This document shows, piece by piece, positions 38,301-52,309 of a stretch of DNA of 64,000 nt. Both the position numbers and the translations under genes were made by a program. The stretch's first letter is position 1; the number at the start of each line of letters is the position of its first letter. The notes below the pieces were generated by a model. It was given only the letters and a program-made list of their open reading frames with translations, was not told where the DNA came from and did no database searches. The stretch is from Octopus sinensis (taxonomy: Eukaryota), in assembly GCF_006345805.1 (NCBI RefSeq), contig NC_042998.1:119970001-120034000 (forward strand). The letters are read 5' to 3'.

Positions 38301-40739
38301 TTTAATGAGAATATATTTCTAATATAGGCATGAATGATATCTATTTGTAAATATTTCTCTTCCATAAATACAAATTATATCTGTTTGGAGATATTTTCCT
38401 TACATAAGCATAAATTATATATCTGTTTCAAGATTATGCTTCCATAGACATTCATTTCAGACTTCTTCATATTTTCTGAACAATTAGATTTTTTTATTTA
38501 TTTATCATTACATTTTTTCACATCAATATATTGATATTTAGCTTAAGTACATTGAGAAACATTTAATTTTTTATCAAGTGGGATACAACCTATTAAATCT
38601 ACCTCAGAACTTCATTGGTATTTATTTCTATAAGTTTTTGAGATATGAAAAGCAAAATGACCTCAGATTTTGTTAAAATTCTTCCTGAATCCAATTTTTG
38701 TAATCACCATAAAATTTTACATCAAAATTACTACATTTTAAAAAAAATAATCAGGGGAAAATTTTTAAAACTTCAACTGGATGGAAGAAATAAAAAAAAA
38801 ACTTGTCAACTCAACTTGGGAAGCATTTTGATGTCAAAATGTAAGGAACATGAGGATAGAGAACAATTATTTCAATCAATACCACTACTTGATTGATATT
38901 TGATTTAATTTGATTGGGAAGATGAAAGGTAAAGTTGATTCACAAAGGATCTGAACTTAGAATAGAAAGAAAGGTCTGTAACTTAAATAGAGCAAGACAT
39001 TTTGCCTGATGTACTACTGATTCTGCCATTTATTATTTTTGAATATGTATTATTAACAGGTTTAAGTGATTGTAGCTGGCCTAGTAGATAACCTGTTTTC
39101 ACCACCACTACTATAGCTACCACCAGCACCAACACCAGCACCACAACCACCACCTGAAGATCAAACAGAAATATTCTTTTAAGCAAACACAATGGGAATT
39201 ATATGTCACATCACTTAAGTTGTTAAAATGTCTTTAATCAAGGTTCAGTCAGTTAAGATGTCAAGGAATAATTACTTCCTGATCCCAGAGGTCATGTAAA
39301 TGTTGTAAGTGACATCTCTTTGACATAGACTAAAGAAGTAAAAGAAGAAAAAAAAATACAACCTTTACTGAGGCATTGGACTTTCTACTACTGTGAAAAG
39401 TGTTGATACTTGAAGATTTATGCTACATTATGTAGCAAAATACAGATATCACCATCATTTAACATTCTTTAAATAATGTTCTGTGGTACCACATGGTGTT
39501 ATAGTAATATACTATGCATTAGTATTCAGTTGCACTACATAGTTTTATTGTGTTTAATGGTACTACATGATAGAACTGCTAAAAAAAAAAGATTTGGTAA
39601 AATATCAAGAAATTTAGAGAACACAAAACTCATGTCACAGAAATGTTGGATAGTGTACAGCAAGTGTTTAATCTAATTAAATTCAATATTATTACTTATG
39701 CAGTAACAAGATTTACATCAATATTTTGATTTAAATATGAATAGGTAAAAGTGGGGAGTCTCAGGTGTATCAGTATTCTATGATGATGGGTTGTTCTGGG
39801 TCAATTGGTAGGGAAAAAGCTAAGAGATAAATATGTCAGAAGATGTATGGACCATTGCCCTCAACTGAAAGGGATATAAAACAAGTGAAGAAGAAATGTT
39901 TTCAAGAAAGAGGTTTTAATGGCTTAAAAACATATTTTCATCTCTCTCTCACACACACACAAATGAATATGTGCATACATGTATAAGTGTGTATGTGTGT
40001 ATGTGTGTGTGTGTTTTAACATTCCATGACTTTGCTTGTCACCATCTAAGCAGATAGGGATAAGATGTTTACATTCCTTATTAAAATTGTGACTGTTTAT
40101 ATTGCACTTTTGAAGACAAGTGGAATAATACAAATCTTTTACTTGAAAAACTGATAAGGGTAGCTGACAGGAAGGGCATCTGATCCCAAAATGCTACCTC
40201 AGATAAGTCACTGGTCAACCCATGTTAGCATGAAAAATTGGATTTTAAATTAACAATAAAAAAAAATATCAACATACATGTCATCCTAGTCTATTGCTCC
40301 CTTCATCTCCCCTTTTCCTTACACCTTCAGTTCATATTGACTCCTTGTATAGATAATCCTCTTACACAACCCATCCTATCATCTTTCAACTTTATCCCTT
40401 TTTCTCAATAACTTCTGTCGCTACTTTAACATTTACATCTTAATCATATAAAGACCAACAACAGGTAGTAAAATATGAAATTCTTACATTCTCTTGATTT
40501 CCTTTAATTCAGACTGCTTCATGGCCCCAGCAAACAAAATGGAAAAACATTGCCCTGGAGGATGGCAGGGAAGATACGCTGGAACAGCTAATCCCTACCT
40601 TCTCCCCTATTCCCAACCATACTGCTCCTGTTTCATTCCTCTTCTCTTACTTACCATTTACTTTTCTTCCATCAAGAATCATTATCCACTCTCTCTTCTA
40701 TTCCTCTTCAGTTCTAGGAGTCACTTTAGGCTCTTAGTC

Positions 40740-41220
40740 TTGTAAGTTACTAGTGCTAGTGCCACATAAAAATTACAAAGTACACTGGTAAAGTGGTTAA
40801 GGAAGGGCATTCAGCTAAAGAAACACTGACACCTCATCACTGCCATCTCTTTTGTCTCTTTTCAGCTGGAGTAGCCATCTATCTCCTCAACAGCAAGACA
40901 ACTGTTCCTGTCTCTCTATCATATTTTAACCTCTCAATGCCTGACATAAAGCTACCTTCCTCAATATTACATCCACACTCAGTTGAGGGGTCTTATCTTG
41001 TGAGTTACTTGGTGACTTCACAAGAGTGAGTGTCATGAAAAAACTACCAAGTACATTTCGTAAAGTGGTTGACGGTTGACATTAGGAAGGGCATCTAGCC
41101 ATAGAAACCATGTCAAAGCAGACAACAGAGCATGATATAGTTCTCTGCTTCATAAAATCCTGTTGAACTGTCCAACCTATGACAGAATGGAAGAAGGACA
41201 CTAAATGATGATGATGTTGC
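40740..41220 (+). mobile_element. Two RTE 3'-tail fragments
   Basis: CTTGT(A/G)AGTTAC..AAAGTGGTT..AGGAAGGGCAT motifs occur twice; GATGATGAT tail. Confidence 0.7.
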
Positions 41221-41639
41221 ACACACACACACACACAATAAATTTTATTTCCATTATCCTTCAATTTTTGCTAATCTGAATTAACTTTAAGTTTACTCTA
41301 TATTGAGACATAGGAAAGAAAACTAGAAGCCATATATCTCTAGCAGCAGTTTAGCAGCTGAACACAGCATTAAGAATAACACATGCAAAGCTAAACTGGT
41401 ACAGAAGACTATTTAATATATTTTAATACTCTAAAAATGCCTAACAATTCTAAACACTTTTTTTTTTTTGCTTTGTTGAAAAGTTGTAGTCTGAACTGAA
41501 TATTTAAAAATAAACTGCATAAGATCACCTCAAGGCTTCAAACAATGGGTTGCTTATACACATAAGACAAAGTATTTATGATCTATATCTAATGAATTTT
41601 TACCTAACAAATGGAATATTTTTGCTTATCATAAAGTGA

Positions 41640-41755
41640 TGTGCATGTGTACATGCATGTGTGTGTGTGTGTGCATGTGTGTGTGTGTGCATGTTTATGT
41701 ATGTACATGTATGTTTGTTAGTGTGTACTGTGTGCTTTTAAATACTATTTTCCTG

Positions 41756-41803
<48 letters not shown>

Positions 41804-41860
41804 ATATATATATATATAATATATATGTATATGTATATGTATATGTATATATATATATTG
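41640..41860. repeat. Compound (GT)n/(TA)n/(TATATG)n microsatellite
   Basis: Directly visible. Confidence 0.95.
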
Positions 41861-42605
41861 TTTATTCTTTTTTTCTTAATCTGTTACAGTGTTTGATTGT
41901 ATTGTGGTGAATATGCCTATTGATGGAGTTATATTTTTCAATCTGCAAAACTAGTGCAGCAGCTGCCACTTTTAATAGATGTATGTGGTGCAGTGACTGT
42001 CAGTTGTTATAGAAGCTAACTGTTGGAAATCATTGATAAAACTTCCTGATTCCACAATGATGTACACTTCACAGAACACTCTATCCATTGACTTATAATG
42101 AAAACTGTACTTGACTTGTAGTTAATATAAACTAAACCCCACAGTTTTATATATCTTGGCCACAAGCAGCCTGTAAACAACAAACTTATCTTTTCCACAT
42201 TTATTCATCAGTTAATGGTAGTGCTAACGTCCTATAAACTGTTGTATTGTTGGGATATTGCAACCATTGGGAGAGCAGCCATATAAAATTGGACTCAAAA
42301 TACTTGATCTGTCTTCAATACTCCACAGAGAGAAGGAGAGTGACATGATATATGCCTATATGGCTGCTACTGTTGCTGCTCTGCCTCCTACTCTTCCCCT
42401 CCCCTCTGCCTCCTCCTCCCCTCACCTCATTCTCCCCCCTTCTCCCCTTCCTCCTCCTCCTCATCATTTGATGTCCATTTTCCATGCTGGTATGCGTTTG
42501 GTGGTTTCACAGGAACTGGCAAGCCAAAGGACTGCGCCAATATATATATGTACACACACACATCATCATCATCATCATCGTTTAATGTCTGCTTTCCATG
42601 CTGAC

Positions 42606-42812
42606 ATATATATATGTATGTATATATGTATGCATGCATGTATGTATGTATATGTGTACATATGCATGTATATGTGTATATATGTATGCATGCATGCATA
42701 CATGTATGTATGTTTGTTTGTATGTATGCATGCATGCATGCATGTATGTATGTATATATGTATATATGTATGAATGTATGTATGCATGTATGCTTGTATA
42801 TTTGTATATATC
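42606..42812. repeat. Compound (TATG)n/(TGCA)n microsatellite
   Basis: Directly visible. Confidence 0.95.
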
Positions 42813-43409
42813 TATGAGCATGTGCCTTGAAATTTGTGTTTATCCATTGCCACCACCTCACAACTGATGCTGGTTTGCTTACATCTCTCATAACTTAGCA
42901 GTTCAGCAAAAGAAACCAATAGAATAAGTACCAGACTTTAAAAAATCTACTGGGGTTAATTTGTTTAACTAAAACCCTTCAGGGCTGCAGTCCAATGATT
43001 GAAACAAGTAAAAGATAGAAACTAAAGATAAAAAAGGCTATATGATTTATAGATTATTGCATATTGACAGAAGAACAGTAAAACAAAGAACATGAAAGAT
43101 ATATTTCTCATGATAATTATAGTAAGCATTCAGTGAAATCTTTTTCTTTTTTAATATATTCTCAAAATAGCTACTCTTATTTCTTTTTGTTTTTGCATTA
43201 ATACAAGAATATTGTAGGCAGCATAATGCAGGTTTTGAAACAGGGTGTGTGGAAATTTACACTGAGGAAAATCTGAACATTGTTCCATCAAATAAATGCC
43301 ATATGTTTTAATGTCACTATTTCTACATTTATAAACAGTGCAGAAAATAGAAAGAAGTATGGCAGTATATTAGTAGCATACCATGGTGATTTATGTACAT
43401 GGTGTGCAT

Positions 43410-43436
43410 GTGTGCATGTATATATGTGTGTGTAAA

Positions 43437-43468
<32 letters not shown>

Positions 43469-43630
43469 CATATGTATGTATGTATATATATATACATATA
43501 TACATATATATGTATGTATATATATATATATACACATACATACATATATGCATACACACACACACATATATATATATACATTTACACATACACATGCACA
43601 TATGTACACCATGTATACACACACACATAC

Positions 43631-43672
<42 letters not shown>
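43410..43672. repeat. Compound (GT)/(TA)/(CA) microsatellite
   Basis: Directly visible. Confidence 0.95.
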
Positions 43673-43674
<2 letters not shown>

Positions 43675-43902
43675 GCAATCCAGTGCCCTAATGACTGCCA
43701 ATTTGATGTCTGTTTCTCTCTCTCACTTCCTCCTCCCCCTTTCTTAACCTCCCCTCTCTCTCCTTCCTTTCCCTCTCCCCTCCCCTTTCTCTGTGTCTCT
43801 GTATCTTATAAGTTATTTGGGTTCAGCATTAGCATGGACAAGTTTATTGTAATATTCCATCTTGTCTCAACAATCACTTAAGTGATACTATATATTTTAG
43901 AT

Positions 43903-44155
43903 CAGTGGTTTTCAACCATTTTTTTTTTTTACCAATGGACCCCTTTGATTCTTATTTTACTTAGGTAGATACTCATAGTCATCCGATGTCTAAAAAAATC
44001 CTATTATATTTTTATGATTAAATATTATTAGGAACTGTATGAAAAATTATCAAAATATTTTGTGCATTATAGAACCAATTTATTGCACCTATACTTTGAC
44101 AAAAAAATCTTATTTTGATCTTGAGAACCAAATGGACCCCAGTTGAGAATCGCTG
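43903..44155. mobile_element. hAT/Charlie-type MITE with perfect 8-bp TSD
   Basis: CAGTGGTTTTCAACC ... GTTGAGAATCGCTG; TSD TTTTAGAT at 43895-43902 and 44156-44163. Confidence 0.9.
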
Positions 44156-44349
44156 TTTTAGATGAAGGAACAGAACTGACATCAATAGACATGTTTCTCT
44201 ACCTGGACAACACACACACAATCATTCTTAGATGGTGAAATATCTCGAAGGATTCATAAAGCAACTAAAACCTTTAAGGCTCTTGACTCTCATGTCTGCT
44301 TCCAATGTGGTCTCATGAGGTTCATAAAAGTTAGTATGTAGCATGGCAG

Positions 44350-44774
44350 TGCATTGGCTTTCATTCTTTATTTTTGTCAATAGGAGACACATTTTGCTTC
44401 TCCATGATAACACAAGACCACGTTCTGCAAAGATCACACAGGATAAAATATTGAATTTGGGCTGGTGTGTTCTACTCCAGCCACCATATTCACTGGACCT
44501 TGCACCAACTTGTTTCCATCTTCTCTCTCTACAAAGTGCTCTGAGGGGGAAAACATTTTCTCAAGAAAATCAGGTGAAAATGTATGTGGAAAGCTTCTTC
44601 ATGTTGAGGCCAGCTGGATTTTACTTCAGAAGAATCAAAAAGCTACCTGATAAATGGCAAGAGGTCATTCAAAATAATGGCAACCATACTGATAATTGAA
44701 AATAATTCGTTGTAAAATTATTTCATGAGCAAAGGTATTTAACAGAATCGGAAATTATTTATGACTCAATCCAA
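44350..44774 (+). mobile_element. mariner (DD34D-type) transposase C-terminal relic and 3' TIR
   Basis: ILLLHDNTRPRSAKIT..LLQPPYSLDLAPTCFHL..RIKKLPDKWQEVIQNNG; ends TTTATGACTCAATCCAA|TA. Confidence 0.88.
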
Positions 44775-45669
44775 TAAGTGCAGAACAGAAAACAAAACCT
44801 GCCAAACTGAGAAATAAATGCTTTTGACTACAAACAATGAAGAAAAGGAATAAAGGATGATGTGAATATTTAAACAAAGATATGCTTTTACCTTGCAAAA
44901 TTGAAGTGAGCTGTGAGATAATGCACAATTTTGTAAAGTGAGAGGAATAAGCTTGGCCAGTAATTTGTGTAGTTATGTATGTTTTCCCAAAGATTAAATC
45001 ATTAGACAAAAGATTGGGTAAGATGCAATACATGTCAGAAGGTTTGTAAATCTATTTGTAGTTCAAGAAGGTACAGTGATACACATCAAAATACACTTCT
45101 GTATACATATTTGTACATCACACACATGGCTTTGTTTGAATGATAGTAGATAAGAGAGGGTGTTAAAGATTAGATATGGCAGCACTCAGAGGAATCTCAG
45201 AATACAGGAAGATACCTGGAGGCATAGACAGGGGGGACTGGCGAAAAATAATGTGGAAAAGGATGATATTGAGAATGTGGGATGAATTTTAAAAGAAAGT
45301 AGTTCCAGGGAGAGGGAGCGGTAACTGGTAGCACAAATGTCAATGAAATATGTGCATATTCTGCTTTCATATTATAGCAGCTGAATAGTGACATAGTTAG
45401 AATAGTGAAGGGATGGATGTAAGGTAAATAAGAGGTGGAACAGATTAGGTGCAAGGGTAGATGCAAGTGAGTGTATAGATATAAAAATAATGCTTTTAGA
45501 ACCTCACTATCATCATCAAGACAGCTGTGTCTTCTCAAATACAGCAAATAACCAATTGTCTCAGTCTTTTGTCATCTCTTCTCTGAGGTTCAACATCTTA
45601 AGATCAGCCTTCAAGATCCTCCTCCTATGTCTTCCTGGATCTCCTTCTTCCACAAAATCTAACCTTATT

Positions 45670-46255
45670 TAATGATCAGTACTTCTTTATATAGCTGTTC
45701 ACCATTCATACACATCACACGATCATACCAGCATGCCACATCTGATTCCTCTTATGCTCAATCTTTCTCTCAACACATTTGCATGTTGTCGTATATTGGC
45801 ACTGCATATCCAACTAGTTTCGTTCCTCTCTAGTCTTCACATAGCTTCTACATTCAAGACACATGTCTCACTACCATGTAGCATTGCTATTCGCATGCGA
45901 GCATCATACAATCTGCCTTTCATGCTGAGAGAAAGGCCTTTTCTTATCAACAGAAGTAAGAGCTCTCTAAAATTTCTCCATTCTGTCTAGCAACTATACA
46001 TTTAGAGCATTCTCTCCCTTGCTAATTTGATTGCCTAGGTAACAGAAGCTATCTACAACCTGTAGGGAATCACATGGGCATTCATGAAAATTTATTTCCT
46101 GTGTGTTCATTATGTTTATTTCTCCCATGCCTCTACTACATACAAAGTCAACTTTCTCTGTTAACCTTCTTATAATTCCATTGCAGGTCTTGTGTGTGTC
46201 CATAGCTTGCACTGAGTACACCATGTGGTATTTCTACTTTCACTTTTTCTACATA
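45670..46255 (-). mobile_element. Decayed RTE LINE RT C-terminal fragment
   Basis: NTTWCTQCKLWTH and LQVVDSFCYLGNQISKG align with the LINE at 26.2-26.7 kb. Confidence 0.8.
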
Positions 46256-47278
46256 CCAAGCAGCTTGGCACATGGTTAGTGGTTAGGGTATTCAGTTCAT
46301 GATCATAAGGTTGTGAGTTTGACACCTGACAGCTTGTTGTCTCCTTTGGCAAGGCACTTTATTTCATGTTGCTCCAGTCCACTCAAATGGCAAAAGCTAT
46401 AATTCAAAGGGCCAGCCTTATCACATTCTGTATCATGGTGAATATCCCTGAGAGCTACATTAATGGTATGCAGGTCAGTGGAGTGCTCAGTCACTTGTAT
46501 GTTAATTTCATGAGCAGGCTGTTCTGTTGATTGGATCAACCAGAACATTCACCATCATAAGCAACAGAGAGCCAGCTAGGGTAGGCATACTGAGCAGGGC
46601 CATTTTCCTAAAGGTGGTAGAGTATGAATGCACATATCTAACATAGTTTCCATATAGTTACCATAATTTGTGTAAATGATGTAACAGCCAGTAATAAATT
46701 CCTAAATAGTACAAAAATATATATAATAAGTCAGGTGATAATAGTATATTAGTAGATATGGAACCTGAGTATTCTCCCAATCCCCTGCCATAACATGCCT
46801 TCAACTTAGAAAGATTAGATCAATATTTAAAAGATAAATAGTGACATGTATAAAATGACTCTAAAATGCGTTTCTCTACTATTCTTTCTTTTTGTTCTTC
46901 ATTCTTCTCAAAAAGAAATGTCTTTTCAAAAGTAATATGAAACATGCTTAGGTTTATTCTAATTTACTCCCCTGATGAGGCACGCTTTGCATTTTTGAAG
47001 AAACATAAAAGAAATTGTAAAGCTTAATCTGACCATAGAAGGTTGCTCAGTGATTTTTCAGTGAACTTCCTCATATTATAATGATTTAATTCATTCTGGG
47101 TTCTGTTCAGTTCCTGAAAAATATCCAGTTCATTGTCATTCAGTCAAGTGTCAAACACTATTGTGAATTTTCAAATAGTATAAACAACACAACTGTAATT
47201 GATATTATAATTAATGTTATAACATTATAGTTGGTAGGCTGAGATAGTTGACATCTTTTACTTGCAATTTATACTCTA

Positions 47279-47569
47279 CTAGCATTATCGCCCGGCGTTG
47301 CTCGGGTTGTAAGGGAAATAACTATATAAGCATTTTTAGAGAGTTATAGCCAAAAAATAGCAAAAAAATGCATTAAAATGGAAAAATAGGATGGTAAATT
47401 TTTTTTAAATCGTAGACTCATCGTAGACGCACGCTAATACCCAGAAGGGCTCGATATGAATCACGACTATAAGATACCCGCTTTTGGTTAAACTGCACCG
47501 CAAAATGTGGGAGTAGTTAGGAATCTAAATGGTAGGAGACAGACACACAACTTCACTTTTATATAAAGA
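47279..47569 (-). mobile_element. Non-autonomous Helitron
   Basis: Minus strand: A|TCTTTATATAAAAG ... CCCGAGCAACGCCGGG hairpin ... CTAG|T. CpG-rich, so probably young. Confidence 0.85.
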
Positions 47570-48446
47570 TGCTTTTTTTTTTCAGTCATAGAGTTAGATT
47601 TATGAAGGTCTTCAGTAGAAAATCCTTCGAATTCTGACTCGCTGCTTGATATAATGAAATTCGTATCCATTTTTTGTCAGAATTACAAATTTTGAAAACA
47701 CAATAGGAAATGAGTAAAATAAAAACCAATTTACCTTTTCTGTCCGTCCGTGTGTCTTTGCAAATGTGTTGGAATGATAAGTGAGTTGTGATTTGGCGCC
47801 TTTTTTACTAATAACAAACACACACGTGTTTGTATGTAGTTGTATGTGTATGTAGTTGTATGTAGTTGTATATGTATGTGTATGCGTGTGTGTGAGGAAT
47901 GACACACACACACTCACGCACGCACACATGTACATCAATGCTTTCGGAGTGATATGTTAAAATATTGAGTTTTCTCAAATTTTGTCTTAATTGGTGGTAA
48001 AATTGAAAGAAATTTTTTATGGCATCACCCACTGAAGTACTCTGAAAAATCTTAGGTAAACTCTAATTGAAGAAATTGTGTATTTATTTGTTTCTGTTTG
48101 CTGTGTTTTTTTTATTTTTTGAGTAGTGGTTTAAATACTTTCACTTTAGTCTTCCTCAAATCACTCTGTCGCTATTTACTTTCATTTTATTCGTCGCACA
48201 CTGTGTGTGTGCGTTTGCGTGTGGTGTAAACCAGACTAAGAAAAGCATTTGACACACACACCAGAATGTGAGTTTTCTGTAAATTTTGCTTAATTGGAGT
48301 TTAAATTTTAAAAACTGGACCTGGCATGACGCGATGCATTGTACTCTTAAAAATGCTAGGTAAATTGTAATTGAAGAAATCCTATATTGTAGATTTGTAT
48401 AACTCCCAAAGGGAGGCAGATAAAATCTGCCTTTTATAATAAGAGA
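47570..48446 (-). mobile_element. Second Helitron-like 5' segment (A|TCTCTTATTATAAAAGGCAG) lacking its own 3' end
   Basis: 5' TC terminus, nearby GGCAGATAAAATCTGCC hairpin, internal duplicated ~100-bp block, CpG-rich; no CTAG end seen before 47569. Confidence 0.55.
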
Positions 48447-49127
48447 TATTTTGTCAAGAAACATGATTAAACAAGCTTTTTTTTACTTTCATAATAAAAG
48501 GTGTAAGTAGAAATTCCATGCTGTGTACTCAGTGCAAGTTATGGAGACACAAGTGGTGGTGTGCAATCACAGGAAAGTTAACAGAGAAAGTAAACTTTGA
48601 ATGTGGCTGAGGTGTATGAATGTAAATATACATGAAGACTTGTTATTGGGGTGAATGCAAATCTTGGGAAAGAGAGGTAAATCCTATGACCCACTTTTCA
48701 TTAATAGGACTGTAATAAATAATAACCATTTTCTTATAGTGTCGATATAATAATTATATTTCTTCTGGTCACAACAGCATGTGCATCAGTTTGTGTATGT
48801 GTGTATCTCCTTGTCTTGACATCACATGATAGTTGTAAATGAATATCATTCATTCTACAAAAACATAGGAGAATATTATCTTATTTGGAAACAGGTAAGG
48901 ATTGGCAACAGGATGTGTATCTGGCCATAGAAAATCCACCTCAATAACCTCAGTCTGACTCATGCAAGCATGGAAAAGTAAAGAAAAGAAACTGATGAGG
49001 ATAATGATGCTTATGTTTCTAATACAGTTACTTTTGAAGGGGAACAGTTATTTATATCAACCTCAAGAAGTTGGCTGGTACTTTAAGCAGAAGGAAAAGT
49101 AAAGTTAACTTTGGCAGAATTTGAATT

Positions 49128-49550
49128 TGTAGCGTGACACAAGAAGCCAGCGCCATTTTGTGAGATCTCACCGGCAGCCATTACTGTCCAAGACAAGAGT
49201 GAGATCTCACCGACAACCATTTTTGCCATGCACGAGACCACAGCGAGGCTCTCGTGGGCAACATCTATTTAAGGAGGTGTATTGAGCAACCCGTCCTCTT
49301 CTCTTGCGTTGGTGCTCACGTTGAACAACATTACAACCTAGCAGCTCACAGCGGATTCTTAACACGCTCTAACTTTACCCATTATCTCCAGAGGTAATGT
49401 ACCTCTCGCAAATGGAGCTAACGAACTATGCGCTGACACATAGATGGTCACCGGGACAAACCCCATGAAATGAGAACCAAATAAACAACTATTGAATTGC
49501 ATTCACTCGTAAGCTTCTTCTTCTTTGAGTTCCAGAATCCTAAGACTTCA
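49128..49550 (+). mobile_element. Probable solo LTR
   Basis: TGTAGCG...ACTTCA termini, TATTTAA 49266-49272, AATAAA 49480-49485, CpG-rich, interrupts a family-A SINE remnant. TSD not resolved. Confidence 0.6.
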
Positions 49551-49848
49551 AAAAAATAATTGTAATGGGAGGAGATACTCCACAGGTATCAGGAGCCTTC
49601 TAGTCCCATTATAAATTCATAAGTAAAGATCAAGAACAAATATTACAAGACAATTTGTTTTATGCTCCCACAATTCTGTCATTCTACTACCCAATGGTTT
49701 CTTTACTTGCCACCTGAACAACAAATAAAGTGACATTACAAGAGAATAAATTACAAAAACTATTGGCATTTTATATTGAGTATGAGAAAACATGCATGAG
49801 AACTAGCACAAACAATGATTAATTATAATATCATTAACAATTGTATTA

Positions 49849-49890
<42 letters not shown>

Positions 49891-51239
49891 AAGAAGGAAT
49901 GAACAGAAGTGATGTAGACTCCAGGTGCTCTAGCACAGACAACCAATCTAGGAGAACAGTAATTCTGCATATGAATATATGAAAGAAGCTAGTGAAGATT
50001 TTAGTCATACCACAAACAGTATTTCTAGTGTTGGTGGTACAATAAAATGCTCCCAGTCCACACTGTAGTATAATCAGTGATGGAAAAGGTTTTCAAACAT
50101 AAAAAGAACCTTTCTAAAAACTTTACATACATTCTGCTATATGTGCCTGATGACAAAGGCTATGATGAGAGGTAAGACACTATGAGCCCAGTCCAACCCA
50201 TGTTAGTAAGGAAAATTGGATGTAAAATTACGAAGAAGATAAAATTAAGTAAAGCTTCATTTCTCTCTGATACTTTTTAATAATGGTTGTATAGGAAATA
50301 CAAGAAACATGTAAAGAAATACACAAATCACCAGTGTAAGGCAAAGGGGACAATAAAGCATAGAGAATGATGTGAATAAGACATGAAGAGTAGATAAGAT
50401 GACATTTCTTAAGACAATGATAATATCTGACATAAAAGCTAAATATCAAAGTGGTCAATCAGATCATTATAGAATTGCTAACTGTGGTTTAAAATTGAGA
50501 TGACAGTAAAATATTACAGCTCTATCTATGGTGAAAACCCTATTAATATCTTTTAAAGAAAAATCAATACCAAGGAATGGTTTACCACGTGAATGTAGTT
50601 TTAAGACTTATGAATAAAATATAGAGAAAACTGCCAGTGGCAACAGGATTTTTATATCTGTTTTTCCATGCTGGTATAGATTAGTCAGTAAAAGATAACA
50701 GCTTCTGCTTGTGTAAAGCTGCATGAGGGAACTGACTTCAGATTCCTGTACTTTAGCTGTAATTTAGATTAATGAATTTATATAGAATTAAAAAAGGAAT
50801 TAAAGGGTAAGTGGAAACAAAATCTTTAATAAATATTAAATATAATTGTAAATGATAAAATATATCAAGCTTCGAAAAGTATAGGAAACTAATAAGCTAA
50901 AGTAAATTTATTTCTTCACAGGTGAAGATTTTCTAATTATCAGATATTACACAGACCACTGTCACTGTTACATCTTAATGTCTCAGATATCATACAAACC
51001 AGTATTACTGATACAACTACATATCTCAAATATCCCACTGATCAATATCACTGATTCCTTGGTTAGTATGACACATGACATGTTAAGGAGGTGCTTGGTT
51101 TTTGTTCATATACTTCCATACTACCAGTTCTCGTACAATTATAGTTACTATAGTAATATCTTTCATAATCCCAGTACTTCAAAAGAAATTTAGTAATTCA
51201 TCCTACTCCACATTCTTGCTATCTCTACATTACCATATC

Positions 51240-51527
51240 ATAATAATAATAATAATAATAATGAAATTATTGTATACAGTGCTCAGGTGCACCACAACTT
51301 GTCAAAAGTGTGTATAAAGTATATGCAGTAATGTACAAGTGTCTGGAAAGTGAACAGTGTATGAGTCAGATGCATGCTTGTGTGTGTATGGAGAGGAGAA
51401 AATCAGGTGTAGTGTTGGCGAATCTCAGGAAGCATGGAAGTTTTGAAGGATGCAGTGCTCCGACAACTAACAACTGATGCTGGCAGTTTGTTCCATACTT
51501 CAGCAACTCTTAGCATGAAAATATCCT
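51240..51527 (-). mobile_element. CR1/L2-type LINE 3' end with (TTA)n tail
   Basis: Minus translation MLRVAEVWNKLPASVVSCRSTASFKTSM matches the RVVxxWNxLP..V....S...FK C-terminus. Confidence 0.75.
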
Positions 51528-52309
51528 CATTTATGTGAGGATGTCCTTGGTTATGTCATTGTTATTCAGTATCTCTGTCTATATCTCCATCCATTGCCTT
51601 AAGTTTCTTCTCATTATCATTATCATCAATGTCGTCAATGTCCTCCTCCTTCTCCTCCTCCTCCATCACTATCACCATCACCATCATCATCATGAAATGG
51701 GTGAAATACCTCCAGAGTATATCCAGCATGCAAAATATGCATATGGCAGAGTTACACACATGTAATACAGTGAGACAAAAAGCTTTGAGTATCTAAGATT
51801 ATTCTTGTAATTAAAAGTTAAAAACTCCCTTTAGAGATATTTCAAATCTTAAAAGAATAAGCAAAAAAAAAAAAAATCCAATAGTATCAGCTAATCCTAA
51901 TTTTTGCCAAAATAAAGACAATACATTTAGGAGTGAATCTTATCTTTAAATATCAACTAATCCAAAAGTTTGAATTGTCTGTGTTATTGGAATTAATCTT
52001 CTTGTTTGTTGGAATTTTTTGTCTTCTAATTGCAATCATAATCTGGATAACTCAAAGCTTTTCAATTCCTTATATTATGTATGTGAAACTCTACAGTATA
52101 TGCACTAATAAAATGACAAGTTTTCTTCGTTTGGATCAAGACTGAGCCAAGGATTTGTAAATATATGAATGTGAGTTAATGTGTGTGTATATGTACATGT
52201 ATGTGTGAATATAACCAGATGGTTAAGAAGTTTGCTTTGAAGCCATGAGGTTGTGGTTTCAATCCTAGTGTGTGGTATCTTGGGTAAATGACATTTTCTA
52301 TAATCTCAT

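Noticed and set aside
38983-39192. Poly-Val or Gly-rich frame after an acceptor-like site
   Set aside because: Low-complexity (CAC/CAG)n sequence with no donor or homology support.
42258-43881. Long ORFs rich in C/V/Y/M/I/H/T (also 61187-61591 and 63478-63980)
   Set aside because: These are translations of dinucleotide and tetranucleotide microsatellites.
46972-47012. CTGATGAG followed by a GCA/TGC stem
   Set aside because: GAAA does not follow stem II, and there is no stem I/III pairing.
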